Positions 57,643 to 64,000 of a stretch of 64,000 bases of DNA are shown piece after piece. A model generated the notes under the pieces. That model did no database searches, had not been told where the DNA came from, and saw nothing but the letters and a program-made list of their open reading frames with translations. The stretch comes from an uncultured Collinsella sp. (GTDB taxonomy: Bacteria; Actinomycetota; Coriobacteriia; Coriobacteriales; Coriobacteriaceae), in NCBI GenBank assembly GCA_900752215.1, contig CAADUO010000042.1, positions 486 to 64,485 of the forward strand, given 5' to 3'. Within the stretch, counting starts at the first letter, position 1, and each line of letters opens with the position of its first letter. The position numbers and the translations under genes were made by a program.

Positions 57643-59400
57643 TTATTCGGCATCCTCAACCTCATACGAATCCGCCTCGGCTGGCTCATCGTTTGTCTCT
57701 GGCGCAGCCCCGCGCGCCTCGTCAAAGGCGGCCTTCATGGTCTTGTTGCCCCACGTGAGTTTGCGAATGGTAAGATCGTCGGCCTTCTTGTTGGCTAGGC
57801 GCAGATTGTTCTCGGAGGACAGCAACGCCTCCTTGGTTTTCTGCAGATGGCTAATCGTCTTGTCGATCTCATCGATTGCCGTTTGGAACTTGCGGCTCGC
57901 GATCTCGTAGTTGCGGCCGAAGTCGTTCTTGAACTTTTCCATCTTGGCTTCGAAGTTCGTGACGTCGATATTCTGCTGTTTGTACTCCGCCAGCTCCTGC
58001 TTATAGCGCAGCGAACCCATGGCGGCGTTGCGAAGAAGTGTAATCATGGGAATGAAAAACTGTGGGCGAATCACGTACATCTTCTCGTAGCGATAGCTCA
58101 CGTCCACGATTCCCGCGTTATAGAGCTCGCTCTCAGGCTCGAGTAGCGTGCAGAGCACCGCGTACTCACAGCCTTTCTGGCGACGATCGTGATCGAGCTT
58201 CTTAAAGAAGTCCTCGTTTTTGTGCTTGGTCGCAGTCTCGTCGTTCTCGTTTTTCATCTCGAACATAATCGAAATGACCTCGTTGCCGCTCGCATCGCAC
58301 TCGCGGAAGATAAAGTCGCCCTTGGTACCCTCGGACGCATCGTTGTCTTTCTCGAAGTACGCGTTGGGAAACGCCGTCATGCGCAGACGGTTAAACTCGG
58401 TCTCGCAGTGCTGCTCGAGCGACTCGCCCACCATCTTGGTGGACAGGCGCACCTTCATGTCCTTAAGGCGCTCAATCTCTTCATCCTTGTAGCGAATCAG
58501 GTCATCGCTCGCGCGCTTGGCCTGCGCAAGCTCGAGCTCGTGTGCCGCCTTGGCCTGTTCCTCGCGAGAATCGCGCACCGCCAGCTCGCTCGTCAGCTTG
58601 GCACGTGCCTCATCGCGCTCTCGCTCCGCCGCGGCGACCGCCTCCGACAGGTTCATTTTTGCCATCAGTTCCTGCTCGCGCAACTGGGCACGCAGACCCT
58701 CGGCCTCTTGCTCAGATTGTGCCTTTGCGGCGGAAAACTTCTCCTGTACCGTCGCGCGGTAGTCAGCAAGCGCGCGCTCGGCCTCGCTGCGAGCGGTATC
58801 AAGCTCACGCTGCGACTCGGCCGCGGCGGCGGCAAGCGCCATCTCCTGGGCCTTGTCCGCCGCGGCAAGCCTGGCCTGCAGCTCGGCAATCTGAGCATCA
58901 CGTGCAGCCAAATCGTTTTGAGCAGCATTGCGGGCCGCCGACTCGACGAGCTTGGCTTCGTCATCTTTGCGCTCCAGCTGCGCACGCAAATTGTCGATTT
59001 CTCGCTGAAGCTCGGCGTTTTCCTTTTGAGCATCGGCACGGGCCTCAACCGCCGCGCGCTGACTTGCGCTCTCGCGCTCTGTGGCAGCGCCCTCGAGCTT
59101 GGCGCGCAGCTCGGCAAGCTCAGCGTCGCGCTTGGCAACCTCTTGCGCCAGCTTCTGCTCCGCGGCGTTCTTCTGCTCGAAAAGCTGAGCATTGCGCTGA
59201 GACTCTGCCTTTTGCAAGGCAGCCGTCGAACGCGAGCGCTCAAGCTCCAGCGCCTGCTCGCCCTCGCGCCGGACTGCCCTCACACGCTCATCCAGGTCGC
59301 GCGAAAACTCGACATCGCGTACTTGCTTGACGATATCCGCATAGCCGGACGCATCGACCTTAAAGACTTCGCCACAATGCGGGCACTTGATCTCATTCAT
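57643..59400 (-). CDS. DUF2130 family coiled-coil protein with C-terminal PD-(D/E)xK-like domain
   Basis: IKCPHCG, long coiled coil, [35 protein letters not shown]. Confidence 0.88.
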   Translation of the reverse strand: MNEIKCPHCGEVFKVDASGYADIVKQVRDVEFSRDLDERVRAVRREGEQALELERSRSTAALQKAESQRNAQLFEQKNAAEQKLAQEVAKRDAELAELRAKLEGAATERESASQRAAVEARADAQKENAELQREIDNLRAQLERKDDEAKLVESAARNAAQNDLAARDAQIAELQARLAAADKAQEMALAAAAAESQRELDTARSEAERALADYRATVQEKFSAAKAQSEQEAEGLRAQLREQELMAKMNLSEAVAAAERERDEARAKLTSELAVRDSREEQAKAAHELELAQAKRASDDLIRYKDEEIERLKDMKVRLSTKMVGESLEQHCETEFNRLRMTAFPNAYFEKDNDASEGTKGDFIFRECDASGNEVISIMFEMKNENDETATKHKNEDFFKKLDHDRRQKGCEYAVLCTLLEPESELYNAGIVDVSYRYEKMYVIRPQFFIPMITLLRNAAMGSLRYKQELAEYKQQNIDVTNFEAKMEKFKNDFGRNYEIASRKFQTAIDEIDKTISHLQKTKEALLSSENNLRLANKKADDLTIRKLTWGNKTMKAAFDEARGAAPETNDEPAEADSYEVEDAE

Positions 59401-59437
59401 AGCAGCTCCTCGATGGACGCAAATTTCAACCGCTTAC

Positions 59438-59459
59438 ACTCTACCGCGCCGCACGGACA
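59438..59459 (-). promoter_or_regulatory. Promoter with TGTCCG-N10-TAGAGT motif
   Basis: Minus strand tTGTCCG TGCGGCGCGG TAGAGT upstream of DUF2130. Confidence 0.6.
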
Positions 59460-59496
59460 AAAAAAGGCGCCGCCGCCATAATGGCAACGGTGCCAG

Positions 59497-59532
59497 AACC
59501 ACCACAAAGGAGACTGTCCCCTTGTAGGGGTT
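59497..59532. repeat. Hairpin with CTGTCCC core (REP-like), copy downstream of the ChbG gene
   Basis: AACCACCACAAAGG-AGACTGTC-CCCTTGTAGGGGTT; similar to 60326-60363. Confidence 0.65.
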
Positions 59533-59539
59533 TGGGGCC

Positions 59540-60304
59540 TTACAGGTCGCGGTAGTCGATCAGTCGAAGATCAGGTTGGGACTCGAGCCAAGCGCGGAGG
59601 TCGAGGTCAATCAGCGCATCGACTTCCTTGGTGCGATCGGTCGTAAGCGAGCTGTTCTCAAGGATAAAGCGATCAAGATAGCCCGGGTGACACACAAAGA
59701 CGACCGTCTCGCCGTCGGACATCTCGCGAACCGTCTGCATGATTGCTTCTTTAGGTTCGTAGCCCGGCTTCATCGAGCGCATTACCATGTGCAGGTCGGT
59801 ATCTCCGCAACGCACCACCGCCGTGGGGTCGAAGCTTGCCTTTTGCTCCTTAAGGCCCAGCTCCTGGGCAACCGCCGAGATCGCTCGGTTAAGGTTTTTA
59901 CTCATGACGGCATGGGCTTCGAAGTAGTCGGGCTCGCGGCCCACAATCTCGACAAAACGGTCATGCTGCGCACGGATCTCGATGCAGGCCTCGTCGAAGT
60001 CTATCAGCTCCTCGCCGCGCTTAAAATGCTCGCGGAAGGTACGGCTGCTATGGAACTCGCCATTCTCATTGAGCATGCTCGGAATGAGCGCTGGTTCGGC
60101 ACACGGCTTACCCAGGCACACGTTGGTATGCTGGCCCACCGCAATATCGGCATCCGCCACGAGCGACCACCCACGCTCGGCCTCGGGCATATTAGGCATA
60201 AGGCCCGCCGAGCGCACCAGGCCCTCGTTGACGCTTCGAGCAATCCCCAGGTCAACGGCATACGAATAACCGATATCATCGGCACGAATAAGCAATTGCT
60301 TCAT
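59540..60304 (-). CDS. ChbG/YdjC family carbohydrate deacetylase
   Basis: LLIRADDIG, S.GLMPNMP, GQH.N, AQ, PDYFEAH, CHPGY, R.KE. Confidence 0.88.
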   Translation of the reverse strand: MKQLLIRADDIGYSYAVDLGIARSVNEGLVRSAGLMPNMPEAERGWSLVADADIAVGQHTNVCLGKPCAEPALIPSMLNENGEFHSSRTFREHFKRGEELIDFDEACIEIRAQHDRFVEIVGREPDYFEAHAVMSKNLNRAISAVAQELGLKEQKASFDPTAVVRCGDTDLHMVMRSMKPGYEPKEAIMQTVREMSDGETVVFVCHPGYLDRFILENSSLTTDRTKEVDALIDLDLRAWLESQPDLRLIDYRDL

Positions 60305-60325
60305 AGCGACTCCAATCTATGTGAA

Positions 60326-60363
60326 AACCACCGCAAAGGTTCACTGTCCCCTTTGTGGTGATT
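60326..60363. repeat. Hairpin with CTGTCCC core (REP-like), copy upstream of the ChbG gene
   Basis: AACCACCGCAAAGG-TTCACTGTCC-CCTTTGTGGTGATT. Confidence 0.65.
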
Positions 60364-60371
60364 CTGGCGCC

Positions 60372-60917
60372 CTATAGCCCAAAGAAGCTAAGAATCTGGT
60401 CACGGCCTACGGGCTTGTACTCGTTGGCGTCGAGGCCCACATCGTAGCGGTAAATAGGACGCTCGCGATCGCGGTTGCGCGCGTTGGTGCGGTCTCCTCT
60501 GCTGTGGATATGCCCGTGTAGCATGATGGCACCACGCGCCTTACCATTCCAGCTGAGCATGGGGTAATGGCTCAACACCAGGCGATGACCCTTAGCGTAA
60601 CCGGGAGCAACCTCCAGATAGTCGCGTACCTCACCCCAAATGCGCGGCGCGTCCGGATCTTCCCAGTCACCGTCGTGGTTACCGCGGATGAGCGTCACAT
60701 TCTTGCATTCGATGCGCTCGCGCAGGCGCACCGCATCCGCTAGTGGCAAGCGATAGGTAAAGTCACCCAGGATATAGAGGCGGTCGTCCACAGCCACGCA
60801 CTCATTGATGGCATCGATGACCTTGCGGTTCATCTCCTCGACCGAATCAAACGGCCGATCCATATCGTGCAAGATATTCGTATCGCCCAGGTGCAGGTCG
60901 GCGGTAAACCACATCAT
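60372..60917 (-). CDS. Calcineurin-like metallophosphoesterase
   Basis: ADLHLG, LGD, GNHD, SHYP, HGHIH, DVGLD. Confidence 0.9.
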   Translation of the reverse strand: MMWFTADLHLGDTNILHDMDRPFDSVEEMNRKVIDAINECVAVDDRLYILGDFTYRLPLADAVRLRERIECKNVTLIRGNHDGDWEDPDAPRIWGEVRDYLEVAPGYAKGHRLVLSHYPMLSWNGKARGAIMLHGHIHSRGDRTNARNRDRERPIYRYDVGLDANEYKPVGRDQILSFFGL

Positions 60918-60983
60918 CGTCTATGCCCTCATTTCGCAACGCGTCAAACTCGTGCTAAGTATACAGACACAGCGATGCGGCGG

Positions 60984-61163
60984 TTAGCCAAAGAGCCCGC
61001 CGAACAGTCCGCGGCGGCGCTTGTCTTGCCTTTTCGAAGCGTCACCCTGGGCGTTCTTGTCCTGCCGCATCTTACGGTCCTGCTCCAGCTCATCGTCGTC
61101 GAGTAGCAGATCCCACTCAAACGGATCATCCGTCAAATCAAACAGGTCATCGTCATCAAACAT
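60984..61163 (-). CDS. 59-aa microprotein with acidic N-half and basic/amphipathic C-tail (not in the ORF track)
   Basis: SD GGGAGG then ATG 61163; MFDDDDLFDLTDDPFEWDLLLDDDELEQDRKMRQDKNAQGDASKRQDKRRRGLFGGLFG*; starts 18 nt after the HIRAN stop. Confidence 0.75.
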   Translation of the reverse strand: MFDDDDLFDLTDDPFEWDLLLDDDELEQDRKMRQDKNAQGDASKRQDKRRRGLFGGLFG

Positions 61164-61181
61164 GGCCGCCTCCCTTACCGA

Positions 61182-61508
61182 TTAGCGAGCATCCACCACA
61201 TAGAGGCCAACGCGCACCTGATGCCACGGGCTGCGCTCCGGAGCAACCTGCTGCACACGGACCTCAAATACGTCCTCGTGGCCGTAATACATCATCAAGG
61301 ACAACGGGCCGACCTCGTTTCCCGGAACATACCCAAGCTTGGTGTTGCCGTAGTAGATCGCAACCGCCTCGGTATCATGGGGATTATCGCGCTCGGCGCA
61401 CAGCGTCAGCTTATCGCCAACCTTAAGATCGCCTAGGACCAAAGCGCCGTCGGCATATTGAAATCCTGCGATATGAAACGACAAAAGAACACGTGAAGGC
61501 TCGTACAT
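61182..61508 (-). CDS. Stand-alone HIRAN domain protein
   Basis: FHIAGFQY, L.VGD.L.L..E.DNPHD..AVAI, KLGYVP. Confidence 0.9.
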   Translation of the reverse strand: MYEPSRVLLSFHIAGFQYADGALVLGDLKVGDKLTLCAERDNPHDTEAVAIYYGNTKLGYVPGNEVGPLSLMMYYGHEDVFEVRVQQVAPERSPWHQVRVGLYVVDAR

Positions 61509-61556
61509 GGCAACTCCTCTAACGGCCGGATAAACCGGCGCTTAACCTTACCGAGA

Positions 61557-61578
61557 AGTCTACGAACTCGTGCGGACA
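61557..61578 (-). promoter_or_regulatory. Promoter with TGTCCG-N10-TAGACT motif
   Basis: Minus strand TGTCCG CACGAGTTCG TAGACT upstream of the HIRAN gene. Confidence 0.6.
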
Positions 61579-61713
61579 CGAATTCACCCGCTCGCGCCTT
61601 TCACCCATTTGTTGCAACGCTTGCGAGACAGAGCGCTTGCAGATGAGATAGAGGCACGGATGGCACCCGTTGCAGCGGGTCTTGCCAACTCCGATACACG
61701 TTTGCATCGTGAG

Positions 61714-61750
61714 AAGCGGCCGCCTTCGCTTACGCGGGGGCGGCCGCTTT
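61714..61750. terminator. Terminator after aldehyde dehydrogenase
   Basis: AAGCGGCCGCC..CGC / GCG..GGCGGCCGCTT hairpin. Confidence 0.7.
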
Positions 61751-61773
61751 GTTTGCCCCTATGTCATCTGATT

Positions 61774-63153
61774 CTAATGCACAAACATGCGCACGAACTT
61801 GTGCTTCCAGCTTGCGTAAGGAGCATAGCGGAATGGCACGTCCAGCCAGGTTGCCTTGTTCACGATGCTCTTCTTGTGGCTAAACGTATCGAAGCTCTCG
61901 CGGCCATGGTACTGCCCCATACCGCTCGCACCCATGCCGCCAAAGCCCATATGGCTCGTGGCCAAATGCATGATGGTGTCGTTGACACAGCCGCCACCAA
62001 AAGGCACGTAACGCACAAAACGCTGCTGAACTGCGCGATCCTGGCTAAAGATATACAGGGCCAGCGGCGTCGGGCGATTCGTAATGAATGCCTCGGCCTC
62101 ATCCAAGCTCTCAAACGACAGCACCGGTAAGATGGGACCGAAAATCTCCTCCTGCATTACGGCGTCCTCAGGCGTCACGCCGTCTAGAATTGTCGGCTCA
62201 ATCTTGAACGATGACTCGCGCGCTGTGCCTCCCAGCACAACCTTATCGGGATCGATCAGCCCGCGCACGCGCGCAAAATGCTTGGCGTTGACGATATGGC
62301 CGTAATCCTCGTTATCGAGCGGATGCTCGCCAAACATACGGTGGGCCTCTTCCTTGATGAGCCCCAGCAGCTCGTCGTGCACGCTCGTATCGACCAGCAG
62401 GTAGTCGGGCGCCACGCAGGTCTGCCCCACGTTGAGCCATTTACCAAAGGCGATGCGCCGTGCCGCGACCTTCAAGTTTGCCGTCGCATCCACGATGCAG
62501 GGACTCTTTCCGCCCAGCTCAAGCGTCACGGGCGTAAGGTTTTTACTTGCGCGCTCCATGACGAGCTTGCCGACCGGAACGCTACCGGTAAAGAAAATCT
62601 TGTCCCAGCACTCGTCGAGCAGCGCTTCGTTTTCGGCGCGCCCGCCCTCGACAACCGTCACCAGGCGCGGATCAAATGCCTCTTCACAGATTTGCTTGAG
62701 CACCGCGCTCGATGTCGGAGCATAGGCGCTCGGCTTGATGACCACGGTATTGCCCGCGGCAAGAGCGCCGGCGAGCGGCTCGAGCGTTAGCAAAAACGGG
62801 TAGTTCCAGGGCGCCATGATGAGCGTGACGCCATAGGGCACGGCTTGCGTTTTGCACACACTCACGGCGTTGGCAAGGTCACACGGACGCAGGCGCGGAC
62901 GACTCCATCGAGCCACATGAGCGATCTGATGACGAATCTCGGAAAGCGACGTGCCGATCTCGCACATATACGCCTCGTCATGCGACTTTCCCAAATCGGT
63001 CTTGAGCGCATGGGCAATATCGGCCTCGTGCGCCCGTACCGTATCGCGTAAACTCACGAGCGCGCGGCGTCGAGCATCGACATTAAACGTGGCGTGCGTC
63101 TTAAAGTAGGTGCGCTGATCGCCGACGATGCGCGCAATTTCCTCGGTGTTCAT
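61774..63153 (-). CDS. Aldehyde dehydrogenase (ALDH3/YwdH-like)
   Basis: APWNYP, KPS, FFTGS, LELGGKSP, GQTCVAPDY, EEIFGP, FGG.GASGMG.YHG. Confidence 0.93.
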   Translation of the reverse strand: MNTEEIARIVGDQRTYFKTHATFNVDARRRALVSLRDTVRAHEADIAHALKTDLGKSHDEAYMCEIGTSLSEIRHQIAHVARWSRPRLRPCDLANAVSVCKTQAVPYGVTLIMAPWNYPFLLTLEPLAGALAAGNTVVIKPSAYAPTSSAVLKQICEEAFDPRLVTVVEGGRAENEALLDECWDKIFFTGSVPVGKLVMERASKNLTPVTLELGGKSPCIVDATANLKVAARRIAFGKWLNVGQTCVAPDYLLVDTSVHDELLGLIKEEAHRMFGEHPLDNEDYGHIVNAKHFARVRGLIDPDKVVLGGTARESSFKIEPTILDGVTPEDAVMQEEIFGPILPVLSFESLDEAEAFITNRPTPLALYIFSQDRAVQQRFVRYVPFGGGCVNDTIMHLATSHMGFGGMGASGMGQYHGRESFDTFSHKKSIVNKATWLDVPFRYAPYASWKHKFVRMFVH

Positions 63154-63162
63154 GGCACCCTC

Positions 63163-64000
63163 CTAGTTCTCGTCCTCAAACATACCACCCGCGACGACCT
63201 CGTACATACGCTCGAGCTCCAAACGGTCCATCAAAAGCGGAACGGGGTACAGGGGATTGGCCTCGGCATCGGCATGCGCCGCCATCTGCGGAATGTCGGA
63301 GCGGCGAATGCCCGAAACATATTTGGGAATGTCCAAGGCGGCATTCATTCGATCGACCCAATCGATAAAGGCCTCGGCCGCCAGGCTGTCCTGCGCGTCA
63401 ACCGGCGCGATACCGGCCATGCGGGCGAGATCGGCGAGCTTTGGAGCAGCAGTTTCGCCATAGGCGCGAAGCATATGCGGCAGGATGATGGCGTTGGCCA
63501 AGCCGTGCGGAATCCCGTAACGCCCGCCTAGGCTGTGTGCGATGGCATGAACGTATCCAACATAGGAGCGCGTAAAGGCAACACCCGCCTTATACGCCGC
63601 CGAAAGCATATTGCGGCGCGCACGCATGTTGTCACCGTGCTCATAGGCCTCGAGTAAATTGTCGTGGATGAGCTGCACCGCCTGTCGCGCCATCTTGCGC
63701 GTATAGGGCGTAGTGCTTCGCCCGATAAAGGCCTCGACGGCATGCGTCAGGGCGTCCATGCCCGTCTGCCCCGTAATGGAGGCGGGCAGACCGCGCGTAA
63801 ACTCGGGGTCGTGCGCCGCAAAGCGCGGGATAAGCACAAAGTCGTTAATGGGGTATTTATAGTGCGTCTCGTCATCGGTGATAACCGCCGCAAGCGTGAC
63901 CTCGCTTCCCGTGCCTGCCGTGGTGGGAACGGCGATGAGAAGCGGCAGGCGACGATGAATCCGCAGCAGGCCGCGCATCTTGTTGATGGGCTTGTTTGGC
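63163..64000 (-). CDS. Iron-containing alcohol dehydrogenase (5' end outside the window)
   Basis: AVPTTAGTGSEVT, GMDALTHAVE, HAIAHSLGG, HGLANA. Confidence 0.92.
   Translation of the reverse strand, partial: PNKPINKMRGLLRIHRRLPLLIAVPTTAGTGSEVTLAAVITDDETHYKYPINDFVLIPRFAAHDPEFTRGLPASITGQTGMDALTHAVEAFIGRSTTPYTRKMARQAVQLIHDNLLEAYEHGDNMRARRNMLSAAYKAGVAFTRSYVGYVHAIAHSLGGRYGIPHGLANAIILPHMLRAYGETAAPKLADLARMAGIAPVDAQDSLAAEAFIDWVDRMNAALDIPKYVSGIRRSDIPQMAAHADAEANPLYPVPLLMDRLELERMYEVVAGGMFEDEN

Overview
High-GC chromosomal window. Gene content and sequence style suggest a gut Coriobacteriia member, probably Collinsella (inference). Most of it is housekeeping: infC-rpmI-rplT, tRNA-Leu(CAA), fba, rel, a recJ-helicase fusion, cutC, a liv ABC operon with two binding proteins, hom, purL, kdgT, azlCD, an Etf-linked FAD dehydrogenase (LctBCD-like), trmB, a HelY-like helicase, and aldehyde and alcohol dehydrogenases. 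Accessory or unusual parts: (1) an Elp3-like radical SAM/GNAT gene close to a Trm9/ALKBH8-like methyltransferase and trmB, a candidate eukaryote/archaea-type (m)cm5U34 tRNA pathway in a bacterium; (2) a repeated GTCCG-N10-TANNNT promoter motif upstream of recJ-helicase, DUF2130 and a HIRAN operon, resembling the LexA-independent PafBC/RecA-NDp motif; (3) a Shango-like TerB-N/C + ATPase + Lhr helicase defence operon with a LexA-type box; (4) a WxL-like/LAxTG cell-surface cluster; (5) a BaiA-like SDR; (6) an unannotated 59-aa acidic microprotein; (7) several structured intergenic repeats, including an exact 62-bp-period hairpin array and a duplicated tRNA 3' end. I saw no CRISPR array, integrase or transposase. 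All family calls come from motif recognition by eye, not from database searches.
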